32,000 nucleotides of DNA from an uncultured Alphaproteobacteria bacterium (GCA_963742355.1 CAVULQ010000005.1:774065-806064), one strand, 5' to 3'. Shown: positions 7,715 to 15,430, counted from the first letter of the stretch. A program made the numbers and translations. Notes: generated by a model not told the origin, from the sequence alone.

Positions 7715-8996
7715 CCGATTCCTTGCAAGCCTTTCGCCTGGCGAGCTCAGCTTTCTTCACTACGATTTCGCGCTGTGGGCGCGCGACGACCAGTTGCCGC
7801 CGGAAGCGGCGCTTGGGGGAGGGGCGTGGACCATTTGGCTCATGCTCGGGGGCCGCGGCGCGGGCAAAACGCGCGCGGGCGCCGAGTGGGTGCGGAGCAT
7901 CGCGACGGCTTCTCGCGACGATCACCGCGGCGCGGCGCGGATCGCGCTCGTGGGAGAGACGCTCGCCGATGCGCGGAGCGTGATGGTCGAGGGCGTGTCG
8001 GGTCTGCTCGCCGTGCACGCGCCGGACGCGCGGCCGCTCTACGAGCCGTCGAAGCGCATGGTGAGCTGGGCGAACGGCGCGGTGGCGCAGCTCTTCTCGG
8101 CGGAGGACCCCGATTCTCTGCGCGGCCCGCAATTCTCCGCCGCCTGGTGCGACGAGCTCGGCAAATGGAAGAAGCCCGACGAGACCTGGGCCATGCTGCA
8201 ATTCTGCTTGAGGTTGGGGGAGCGCCCTCGCCAGGTGGTGACGACCACGCCGCGGCCGACGAAGCTGATCAAATCTCTGATCGCCGATCCGCTCGTGGCG
8301 GTGACGCGCGTCTCGACCGCGGCGAACGCCGCCAATCTCGCGCCTTCCTTCTTGGAGAGCGTGGTCGGGCGCTATCGCGGCACGCGGCTCGGGCGGCAAG
8401 AGCTCGACGCCGAGCTGCTGGAAGACCGCGCTGACGCGCTGTGGCCGCGCGCTTTGATCGAGGCTGCTCGCGTGAGCGCCGCGCCGGAGCTGACGCGCAT
8501 CGTCGTTGCGGTCGATCCGCCGGCCTCGTCGGGACCGCATGCCGATGCCTGCGGCATCGTCGTGGCGGGGCTTGGGGAGGATGCACGCGCCTATGTGCTT
8601 GGCGATGCGACGGTCGAGCATGCGCGGCCGCTCGACTGGGCGCGCGCGGTGATCCGCGCCTATCGGCGCTACGAGGCCGACCGCATCGTGGTCGAGATCA
8701 ATCAAGGGGGCGACCTCGTCGAGACGGTGCTGCGTCAGGTCGATGCAAGCGTGCCGGTGCGCGCGGTGCGTGCTTCGCGCGGCAAGTGGCTGCGCGCCGA
8801 GCCGGTCGCGGCGCTCTACGAGCAGGGCCGTGTCGCCCATGTCGGCGCGCTGCCAGAGCTCGAGGACGAGATGAGCGATTTCGGGCCCGACGGCTTGTCG
8901 GGCGGGCGCAGTCCCGACCGCGTCGACGCGCTCGTTTGGGCGCTGACCGAGCTTCTGTTGCGCGAGCGGCCAGAGCCCCGCGTGCGGTTCGTATGA
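7647..8996 (+). CDS. Terminase large subunit (GTA g2 / TerL)
   Basis: In frame with track ORF 7551..8996. ATG at 7647 follows AAGGAG. It carries LHYDFALWARDDQLPP, the Walker A GGRGAGKTRAGAEW, and a C-terminal nuclease region, as in RcGTA-type terminases. Confidence 0.9.
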   Translation: MRTDSARILRSALSASIDQGTLSRFLASLSPGELSFLHYDFALWARDDQLPPEAALGGGAWTIWLMLGGRGAGKTRAGAEWVRSIATASRDDHRGAARIALVGETLADARSVMVEGVSGLLAVHAPDARPLYEPSKRMVSWANGAVAQLFSAEDPDSLRGPQFSAAWCDELGKWKKPDETWAMLQFCLRLGERPRQVVTTTPRPTKLIKSLIADPLVAVTRVSTAANAANLAPSFLESVVGRYRGTRLGRQELDAELLEDRADALWPRALIEAARVSAAPELTRIVVAVDPPASSGPHADACGIVVAGLGEDARAYVLGDATVEHARPLDWARAVIRAYRRYEADRIVVEINQGGDLVETVLRQVDASVPVRAVRASRGKWLRAEPVAALYEQGRVAHVGALPELEDEMSDFGPDGLSGGRSPDRVDALVWALTELLLRERPEPRVRFV

Positions 8997-9015
8997 CCGT
9001 CGACAAAGGTGAATC

Positions 9016-10245
9016 ATGCCAATGACTTTGAGCGAGCGGCTCGTGCGATTCCTCGGGTTCGAAGGGAAGGCGAGCAAGACCGCCAAGCTCATCGCCTGGA
9101 CGACGGGCGGCCAGCCGGTGTGGACGCCGCGCGACCTCGCCGCACTCGCCCGCGAGGGCTTCACCAAGAACGCGATCGTCTATCGCGCCGTGCGCATGAT
9201 CGCCGAGGCCGCGGCATCCGTGCCGCTGTTCCTGTTCGATGGCGAGCGCGAAATCGACACCCACCCGCTGCTTGCGCTGCTCGCGCGGCCGAACCCGATG
9301 CAATGCGGGCCCGATCTGCTCGAGGCCTGGTACGGGCATCTCATGGTCGCGGGCAATTCCTATCTCGAGGCAGTATCGGTGGCAGGCGTTGTGCGCGAGC
9401 TGCATGTGCTTCGCCCCGACCGCATGAAGGTGGTGCCGGGGCCTGACGGCTGGCCCGAGGCTTACGACTATACGGTCGGAGGACAGACGGTGCGCTTCGA
9501 GCAGGATGCCGGGGAGGGCGTGCGCCCAATCCTGCATATGGGCCTGTTCCACCCGCTCAACGACCATTACGGCTTGAGCCCGCTCGAGCCGGCGGCGACC
9601 GGCATCGACCTGCACAATGCGTCAGGCGCATGGAACAAGGCGCTGCTCGACAATTCCGCCTGTCCCTCCGGCGCCCTCGTCTACACCGCCAAGGACGGAC
9701 AGCTCACGCCGGAACAATTCGACCGGCTCAAGGCCGAGCTCGAGGAGAGCTTCCAGGGGGCGAAGAACGCAGGCCGGCCGCTCCTGCTCGAAGGCGGCCT
9801 CGACTGGAAGGCGATGGCCTTCTCGCCGAAGGACATGGACTTCATCGCGGCGCGGAACGTTGCCGCGCGCGAGGTTGCGCTCGCTTTGGGCGTGCCGCCG
9901 ATGCTGCTCGGCATTCCCGGCGACAATACTTATTCCAATTACGCCGAGGCCAACCGCTCGTTCTGGCGCCAGACGGTGCTGCCAGTGGTGAAGCGCACCG
10001 CCAAGGCGCTGTCGGGATGGCTCGCGCCGTCCTTCGTCGGTTCAGAGCCGAGCGCAGTGCCGGAGCAGCCCGCGCTCGAGCTTCGTCCCGATCTCGACGC
10101 GATCGAGGCGCTGAGCACCGAGCGCGAGGCCTTGTGGGAGCGCGTGCGCCGCAGCGATTTCCTCACCGTCAACGAGAAGCGCGCCGCGGTCGGCTATGGC
10201 GCCATCGACGGCGGCGACCAGCTCGGTTCGGCTCCTCAAGGCTAA
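9016..10245 (+). CDS. HK97-family portal protein (GTA g3)
   Basis: 409 aa. Supporting segments are NAIVYRAVRMIAEAAASVP, AGNSYLE and NRSFWRQTVLP, plus the position between terminase and protease. Confidence 0.9.
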   Translation: MPMTLSERLVRFLGFEGKASKTAKLIAWTTGGQPVWTPRDLAALAREGFTKNAIVYRAVRMIAEAAASVPLFLFDGEREIDTHPLLALLARPNPMQCGPDLLEAWYGHLMVAGNSYLEAVSVAGVVRELHVLRPDRMKVVPGPDGWPEAYDYTVGGQTVRFEQDAGEGVRPILHMGLFHPLNDHYGLSPLEPAATGIDLHNASGAWNKALLDNSACPSGALVYTAKDGQLTPEQFDRLKAELEESFQGAKNAGRPLLLEGGLDWKAMAFSPKDMDFIAARNVAAREVALALGVPPMLLGIPGDNTYSNYAEANRSFWRQTVLPVVKRTAKALSGWLAPSFVGSEPSAVPEQPALELRPDLDAIEALSTEREALWERVRRSDFLTVNEKRAAVGYGAIDGGDQLGSAPQG

Positions 10246-10264
10246 TTTGCGAAAGACAGAACAC

Positions 10265-10861
10265 ATGCTGCAACGCTTCGGCGACACCTTGCCAGAGCGC
10301 GAGGTGAAGTTCGCGCCCTGCGACCTCAAATCGGTCGAGGCCGACGGCACCTTCACCGGTTATGCCAGCCTGTTCGGCGAGGTCGATCTCGGCCAGGACC
10401 TGGTCATGCCGGGCGCCTTCCGCGAGAGCCTTCGGCTCCGGGGTGCAAGAGGCGTGAAGCTCCTGTTCCAGCACGACCCCAACGAGCCGATCGGGGTGTG
10501 GCTCGAGCTTGCCGAGGACAGTCGTGGACTGTTCGCGCGAGGTCGGCTCATGCCGGAGGTGACGCGGGCACGTGAGGTGTTGTCGCTGATGCGGGCTGGA
10601 GCGCTTGACGGGCTCTCGATCGGCTTCCGCACGGTGAAGGGCCGCACCGACCCCGCCACCGGTGTGCGCCGTCTCGATCAGATCGATCTCTGGGAGATCT
10701 CGGTCGTGACCTTCCCGATGCTGCCGGAGGCGCGGGTGAGCGCGGTAAAGCGGCGGCAGGCACGCTTCGTGGCGGGATCGCGTCATGTGGCAGGGCAGGG
10801 GTCAGATCGCCTGCGACTGCTGCGCAGCATACGCCGCGCCGCGCGCCTGATGCGCAGCTAG
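10265..10861 (+). CDS. HK97-family prohead protease (GTA g4)
   Basis: ATG at 10265 within track ORF 10196..10861. Typical S78 prohead protease segments are GTFTGYASLFGEVDLGQDLVMPGAF, KLLFQHD, GLSIGF and LWEISVVTFP. Confidence 0.9.
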   Translation: MLQRFGDTLPEREVKFAPCDLKSVEADGTFTGYASLFGEVDLGQDLVMPGAFRESLRLRGARGVKLLFQHDPNEPIGVWLELAEDSRGLFARGRLMPEVTRAREVLSLMRAGALDGLSIGFRTVKGRTDPATGVRRLDQIDLWEISVVTFPMLPEARVSAVKRRQARFVAGSRHVAGQGSDRLRLLRSIRRAARLMRS

Positions 10862-10888
10862 CGAATTTCAGTCGGAGCAGCGGCCGTG

Positions 10889-11131
10889 ATGCCACAAGGC
10901 GTGAGCTGGCAGCTCAGCGCTTCGCTTCGACGAGTAAGCTGGCTCCTGCATGCCGAACTTGTCGAGGCGAGGCTGCGCGATCTCGAACGCGCCGTCAAAG
11001 CCGGCTTTGATCCCAATCAGCCTCGTGTGGCGGCCGGCAACCCCGACGGTGGCCAATGGACAGGCACGGGCGGTAGGGGCACAAGCGGTGGGCTGACTGA
11101 GGTCGCGCAAAACGACCCGCCGACCGCCTGA
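10889..11131 (+). CDS. Hypothetical 80-aa protein with a DPNQPR...GGQWT linker-like motif
   Basis: Track ORF 10886..11131 (GTG, then ATG at 10889). It has a short helical N-terminus, then FDPNQPRVAAGNPDGGQWTGTGGRGTSGG. A truncated diverged copy of its 5' part recurs at about 11820-11893. Confidence 0.4.
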   Translation: MPQGVSWQLSASLRRVSWLLHAELVEARLRDLERAVKAGFDPNQPRVAAGNPDGGQWTGTGGRGTSGGLTEVAQNDPPTA

Positions 11132-11235
11132 GGGACATTCAGCAGGAGAGGCCGCACGACGTCACGTGGTAAGAGTTGGGATGAGCGAACAAGAGTAGGC
11201 CTGGACGCGCTTATTGAAATGCGGGTTCTGAAGCC

Positions 11236-11607
11236 ATGACAGACGTCGGTCTGGCGAAGCTAACGATCGAGGAGTTGATCGAGCGCTTTGCAACGCTGGG
11301 CTTAGACCAGCACGAAGCGATCCTTGATGACGACAATGAACGGTTCGCTCGATTGTTTTGGCAGATGGAAGCAGTTGAGGACGAACTAAAGTCGCGTCAA
11401 GGAGATCAGCGCCGCGCGTTGACACGCCTGTACGACCACCGCAATGCGCAGGTCCGATTGTGTGCGGCGAAAGCGACCTTGGCCGTGGCACCCGAAGAGG
11501 CACGGAGGCTCATCGAGAAGATCGCGAAGTCACATGAGTTTCCCCAAGCGGGCGACGCAGGCATGACACTGCGGGCGCTCGACGAAGGTATCTTCAAACC
11601 GACCTAG
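11236..11607 (+). CDS. DUF2019-like helical-repeat protein (possible orphan immunity protein)
   Basis: 123 aa. TIEELIERFATLGLDQHEAIL...RFARLFWQMEAVEDELKSR...LYDHRNAQVRLCAAKATLAVAPEEAR...FPQAGDAGMTLRALDEGIFKP matches my recollection of the DUF2019 family pattern. Confidence 0.6.
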   Translation: MTDVGLAKLTIEELIERFATLGLDQHEAILDDDNERFARLFWQMEAVEDELKSRQGDQRRALTRLYDHRNAQVRLCAAKATLAVAPEEARRLIEKIAKSHEFPQAGDAGMTLRALDEGIFKPT

Positions 11608-11616
11608 ATCAAGTGC

Positions 11617-11893
11617 TTCGATCGTCACCTTCCCCCATGCTGCCCGAGGCCGCGGGTGAGCGCCGTGAAGCGGCGGCATGCACGCTTCGTGGCGGGATCG
11701 CGTCATGCCGCCGGGGAGGGGAGGGACACTTCGCGCCTTGTGCGGAGCATTCGCCGCGCCACGCAGCTGCTGCGCGGATAGCGAAATTCATTCAGAGCTC
11801 TGGTCGTGGTCTTGCCCGACGTGAGCTGGCTCATGCATGCGCGTGTCGTGGAAGCGAAGCTCAGCGATCTCCGCTGCGCGGTCAAAGCTGCCT
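11617..11893 (+). pseudogene. Diverged, frameshifted duplicate of the prohead-protease 3' end plus the start of the downstream small ORF
   Basis: It aligns by eye with 10700-11004. VSAVKRRHARFVAGSRHAAGEGRDTSRLVRSIRRATQLLRG* matches the protease C-terminus VSAVKRRQARFVAGSRHVAGQGSDRLRLLRSIRRAARLMRS*. Two extra nt upstream break the frame. DVSWLMHARVVEAKLSDLRCAVKAA* follows, matching VSWLLHAELVEARLRDLERAVKAG in copy 1. Confidence 0.75.
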
Positions 11894-11972
11894 AACCCGG
11901 ATGTCGTATTTTAAGTCTTGTTAACCTTCGGGTGAGCGAGTGAAAGATATCGCACCTATTGCAGAGGCCTGT

Positions 11973-11992
11973 TATTGACTTATATGTCAATA
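11973..11992. promoter_or_regulatory. Candidate operator palindrome over the start codon of the cassette's first gene
   Basis: TATTGAC-TTATAT-GTCAATA: perfect 7-bp inverted arms with a 6-nt spacer. The ATG at 11984 lies inside it. Confidence 0.4.
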
Positions 11993-12487
11993 GAGGATGA
12001 AATCAAGGCTAGGGTGGTCGAAGGCCGTCTCTGCCCGATCCAGCCAAAGTTGCCGTCTGACCCGATTCTTCGGCCAATGTATGTGACGCCGGAACTGAAC
12101 GCACTCGTAAACGGCCCGTGGGCCGACGCAAAGCAGGAGGCGCGCTTTAGCGCACTGAGAGCCGACCTGGACTTCTTCGTAGCAGGCGGCCTTGTTAACA
12201 AGGGCTATATGAAGCCGCTGAGAAAGCGTGCAGACGAAGTGTGGGAAATCAGGAGCCGCGCGCCGTCGCCCAGCATTCGCCTCTTCGGCCGGTTCGCTAT
12301 GCCCAATGTGTTCATTGGGACAAATTGGGAATATCGATCATTTCTAGAGCTATTTGATCGCTGGAGAAGGAATAAACGGCAGGCGCAGGCCATATGGCGT
12401 CAGCTGTTCACTAACTACCCACCATATAGTGGTCAAAACACTCAAGATTACCTTACTATGAACTGGGAGGGCAACTACGATGAGTAG
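11984..12487 (+). CDS. Cassette gene A: RelE/ParE-superfamily (Gp49/HigB-type) toxin-like protein with an N-terminal extension
   Basis: The track ORF starts at a TTG at 11975, and an in-frame ATG lies at 11984. The gene is AT-rich. EVWEIRSRAPSPSIRLFGRFAMPNVFIGTNWEYRS resembles the xWExR...xRxxxxF core of Gp49/HigB-like toxins. At about 167 aa it is longer than typical toxins. Confidence 0.6.
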   Translation: MSIEDEIKARVVEGRLCPIQPKLPSDPILRPMYVTPELNALVNGPWADAKQEARFSALRADLDFFVAGGLVNKGYMKPLRKRADEVWEIRSRAPSPSIRLFGRFAMPNVFIGTNWEYRSFLELFDRWRRNKRQAQAIWRQLFTNYPPYSGQNTQDYLTMNWEGNYDE

Positions 12488-12893
12488 CAATATTGGTGGG
12501 CTCTCTCCAGCCGATCTTTCTTACTTCCGAGCTCGCCAGAAGAACCGTGTCTACGAAACGGTCATTAAGGCGTTTAGATCGGCCAACATAAGCAAGGCCG
12601 AAATTGCTAGACGCTTGAACCGAAAGCCGGAACAGATCACCAGGTGGCTATCCGGTCCAGGTAACTGGACCTTGGACACAGTAAGCGACCTTTTGCTTTC
12701 CTGCGGGAAGGAATTGGCCTTTACCTCACTCGAGATTGATCGCCCCCTTGAGACAAATTACATCCATCCTTTGGCAGAAGCCACAAGCTTTCATCAGCTG
12801 CAGTGGCAGGTTTCGAGAGCTTCAGAGAGACCAGAAAGGCCTACAAAAACAGAAACAACTGAACCACAGATGCTAGAGATTGTTGATGGGTAA
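12480..12893 (+). CDS. Cassette gene B: XRE-family HTH protein (antitoxin-like) with a long acidic/polar C-terminal tail
   Basis: Its ATG overlaps the stop of gene A (ATGAGTAG). ISKAEIARRLNRKPEQITRWLSGPGNWTLDTVSDLL is a classic HTH_XRE pattern. About 60 further residues follow, likely disordered. Confidence 0.75.
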   Translation: MSSNIGGLSPADLSYFRARQKNRVYETVIKAFRSANISKAEIARRLNRKPEQITRWLSGPGNWTLDTVSDLLLSCGKELAFTSLEIDRPLETNYIHPLAEATSFHQLQWQVSRASERPERPTKTETTEPQMLEIVDG

Positions 12894-13293
12894 GCCTGTC
12901 ATTGAGTATACGCTAGTATGCGATGATACCCGTCGCGAAGACAACGGAAAACTCATCCTTATCGGTGTGTATGGTGCCAATATACTCGTTTCATCTTTCC
13001 CAGCCGCGCTCACACTATCTCTCGTTAGCTTCATACGAAGCGACAGCACATTTGAGGCCGCTAATGCGGTGCGGGCTGTTCTAGACGGCGAAACTCTGAC
13101 TGAGGGCGGGGGCGTCTTTAGAATTCAGCCTGGCAGAGGGATTTCCGTGATTCCTACCCTTCCCCTAACCGTCCCCCACGCGGGAGAGGTAATCTTCGAA
13201 CAGAAGATCGGTGAGGATGATTGGCAAACGCTTGTGAGGGTGCCCGTCGGGCAGAGGGCTACTTCTGCCAGCGTGTTACCGGTGCTTTCTTAG
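12886..13293 (+). CDS. Cassette gene C: unknown beta-rich protein
   Basis: ATG at 12886 overlaps the end of gene B by 8 nt. The protein begins MGKPVIEYTLVCDDTRREDNGKLILIGVYGANILVSSFP. I cannot place it in a family with confidence. It is AT-rich like A and B. Confidence 0.6.
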   Translation: MGKPVIEYTLVCDDTRREDNGKLILIGVYGANILVSSFPAALTLSLVSFIRSDSTFEAANAVRAVLDGETLTEGGGVFRIQPGRGISVIPTLPLTVPHAGEVIFEQKIGEDDWQTLVRVPVGQRATSASVLPVLS

Positions 13294-13434
13294 CTATCCG
13301 CGGCCCGTTTGACAGAGAGATTTCCCCCGTGAATAATTCCGCCCTTCTTACGACCTCGCCACTTGCGAAATCGAGCATGTGTTCTGATTGAGGTTGCGGG
13401 CGCAGACAGCACACACTGCAATTCCGATTTCGTC

Positions 13435-13469
13435 ATGCCCGTGGGTTCGCCCGCGGGCATTCGTGTTTT
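13435..13469 (+). terminator. Terminator-like hairpin upstream of the capsid gene
   Basis: An 11-bp stem, ATGCCCGTGGG pairing with CCCGCGGGCAT (one G-U pair), with a TTCG loop, then TCGTGTTTT. The left arm GTCATGCCCG also begins the repeat at 19081. Confidence 0.5.
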
Positions 13470-13562
13470 GAGACCAGCCCCGATCAAGACGCGGATGGCG
13501 CTTTCACGCGCCATGACGGCCAGCTGAGTGGGGCGACGACCGCCCCAAAGAAGAGGAACGAC

Positions 13563-14861
13563 ATGAGCGAATCTGCAGAGACTGAGATGATCGAGACCAA
13601 GGCCGCCAGCGGCCTCGCGAGCGATGCCGGCACGAGCACCGCGGCGACCGGCGACGACGTGGCCATCGCCTTCGACGACTTCATGCGCGCCTTCGAATCG
13701 TTCAAGGCCGAGAACGAGCAGCGCATCCAGCAGCTCGAGAAGCGGCTGCCGGTGGATGTGCTCACCACCGAGAAGCTCGACCGCATCAACCGCGCCATCG
13801 ACGAGCACAAATCGGTGGTCGACGAGCTCGTGCTGAAATCGGGGCGGCCGAAGCTTGGGCAGGCAAGCGTCTATCGCAGCGGCGCCGCTCTCCAGCACAA
13901 GGCCGCTTTCGAAACGTACGTCCGGCACGGCGAGGCGAACGGCCTGCATCTCCTGGAAGAGAAGGCGCTGTCGGTCGGCTCAGGTCCCGACGGCGGCTAT
14001 CTCGTGCCGGCCGAGACCGAGGCTGCGGTGATCAGAGGCGTTAAGGACATCTCGCCGATCCGCGCCATCGCCGGCAATCGCACGGTGAGTGCCTCCGTGT
14101 ACAAGAAACCTTTCGCCATCAGCGGACCGTCGACCGGATGGGTGGCCGAGACGGCGACGCGTCCAGAGACCAACTCGCCGACGCTCGCCGAGCTTTCCTT
14201 CCCGACCATGGAGCTCTATGCCATGCCGTCAGCGACGCAGGCTCTGCTCGACGACTCGGCGGTCAATATCGACGAGTGGCTCGCCGAGGAGATCCAGGTC
14301 GCCTTCGCCCAGCAGGAGGGCACCGCCTTCGTCTCGGGCGACGGCACCAACAAGCCGAAGGGCTTCCTCGCTTACACCAAGGTGGCCAACGGCTCCTGGT
14401 CGTGGGGCAATATCGGCTACGTGGCGACCGGCACCGACGGCGGCTTCGATGCCACGAACCCGTCGGACGACCTGATCGACTTCATCTATACGCTGAAGTC
14501 CGAGTATCGGGCGAACGCGCATTGGGCGATGAACCGCGCCACGCAGGCGACGATCCGCAAGTTCAAGGACGCCGACGGCAATTATCTGTGGGCCCCCCCG
14601 GAGCGTGCCGACCTCGCGCCCACGCTGATGAACTATCCGATCGCCGAGTCCGAGGACATGCCCGACGTCTCCTCGAACAGCTACTCGGTCGCCTTCGGCG
14701 ATTTCCAGCGCGGCTATCTCGTGGTCGATCGCGCCGGCATTCGCGTGCTGCGCGATCCTTATTCCGCCAAGCCTTACGTCTTGTTCTACACGACCAAGCG
14801 CGTGGGCGGCGGCGTGCAGGATTTCGACGCGATCAAGCTTATGAAGTTCGGCACGTCGTAG
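13563..14861 (+). CDS. HK97-family major capsid protein (GTA g5)
   Basis: 432 aa. It has an N-terminal coiled delta-like region, then typical HK97 MCP segments (GGYLVP, ELSFPTMELYAMPSATQALLDDS, SGDGTNKPKGF, YTTKRVGGGV). Confidence 0.95.
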   Translation: MSESAETEMIETKAASGLASDAGTSTAATGDDVAIAFDDFMRAFESFKAENEQRIQQLEKRLPVDVLTTEKLDRINRAIDEHKSVVDELVLKSGRPKLGQASVYRSGAALQHKAAFETYVRHGEANGLHLLEEKALSVGSGPDGGYLVPAETEAAVIRGVKDISPIRAIAGNRTVSASVYKKPFAISGPSTGWVAETATRPETNSPTLAELSFPTMELYAMPSATQALLDDSAVNIDEWLAEEIQVAFAQQEGTAFVSGDGTNKPKGFLAYTKVANGSWSWGNIGYVATGTDGGFDATNPSDDLIDFIYTLKSEYRANAHWAMNRATQATIRKFKDADGNYLWAPPERADLAPTLMNYPIAESEDMPDVSSNSYSVAFGDFQRGYLVVDRAGIRVLRDPYSAKPYVLFYTTKRVGGGVQDFDAIKLMKFGTS

Positions 14862-14880
14862 CAGAACGCACGTCGCGTCC

Positions 14881-14990
14881 CCCTCTCCCCAGTGGGGAGA
14901 GGGCTGGGGTGAGGGGGGCTCGGATGTCTGAAAACCCCTCACCCGCGCCGATGCAAAGCGTCGGCACGACCTCTCCCCAATGGGGAGAGG
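14881..14990. repeat. Composite REP-like element with three hairpins between the capsid gene and the antisense gene
   Basis: The three hairpins are CCCTCTCCCC-AGT-GGGGAGAGGG (14881-14903), GGGTGAGGGG...CCCCTCACCC, and CCTCTCCCC-AAT-GGGGAGAGG (14970-14990). Confidence 0.8.
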
Positions 14991-15103
14991 TGAAGAAAAG
15001 CCTGGCCGGGCCGGCGGGCGTGACGCGCCCCTCCCACGCGCACGCCCGCCACTTTCTTTGCCTGAAGGCGTGGCCGATGCTCGGGTCCCAGGTCGAGCAG
15101 AGC

Positions 15104-15430
15104 CTATTGCTGGTTCTGATTCTTCTTGTTGATGCCCATCGTTCCGATTGGATGCTTGTTGATCTTACCGCCGGAACTGCCGGAACCGCTGGAACTCTCG
15201 GCCTTCGCCTCCGTGCAAACGCAAGTGTTGTTGTCGTTGTTGCAACTGCCGCCGGTTGGCGCGCAATGATGCTCGAACATCTCATTGCAGTCTTTGTCCC
15301 CGCTACAATTGCAGTGGCCGCCGGCGCAGTGAATTTCGGCGTGGCTCGGTGCGCTGACGAAGAGCACTAGAACGAATGCAAGGGGGAACGCTGCGGCAAC
15401 GCAAAACGATACCCGTTTGGACTTGGTCAT
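15104..15430 (-). CDS. Secreted Cys/His-rich mini-protein (108 aa), antisense to the GTA operon
   Basis: Internal ATG of track ORF 15104..15688, preceded by GAAGGA. The signal peptide is MTKSKRVSFCVAAAFPLAFVLVLFVSAPSHA. The mature part is EIHCAGGHCNCSGDKDCNEMFEHHCAPTGGSCNNDNNTCVCTE (8 Cys, 4 His), then a Ser/Gly linker and an Asn/Gln/Lys tail. The gene is AT-rich. Confidence 0.6.
   Translation of the reverse strand: MTKSKRVSFCVAAAFPLAFVLVLFVSAPSHAEIHCAGGHCNCSGDKDCNEMFEHHCAPTGGSCNNDNNTCVCTEAKAESSSGSGSSGGKINKHPIGTMGINKKNQNQQ

Noticed and set aside
7683-9167. 494-aa - strand ORF opposite the terminase and portal genes
   Set aside because: The translation is Arg/Ala/Pro-rich and has no motifs. 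It lies fully antisense to two confidently identified GTA genes.
11613-11924. 103-aa + strand ORF
   Set aside because: It reads across the protease-remnant duplication in a frame different from the homologous protease frame. It is better explained as a pseudogene remnant than as a new gene.
11911-11924. CtrA-box-like TTAA-GTCTTG-TTAAC upstream of the AT-rich cassette
   Set aside because: The spacer is 6 nt, not the 7 nt of the canonical TTAA-N7-TTAAC CtrA site. I found no full CtrA box upstream of g1 either.
5300-13300. Calling the two AT-rich segments (5300-7020 and 11940-13300) mobile elements
   Set aside because: No integrase, transposase, terminal inverted repeats or target-site duplications are visible. 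They are reported as compositionally foreign insertions only.
14138-15370. 410-aa + strand ORF spanning the capsid 3' half into the next intergenic region
   Set aside because: It is an out-of-frame overlap with the HK97 capsid gene, and it reads through REP hairpins and the antisense Cys-rich gene. The translation is Arg-rich and low in complexity.
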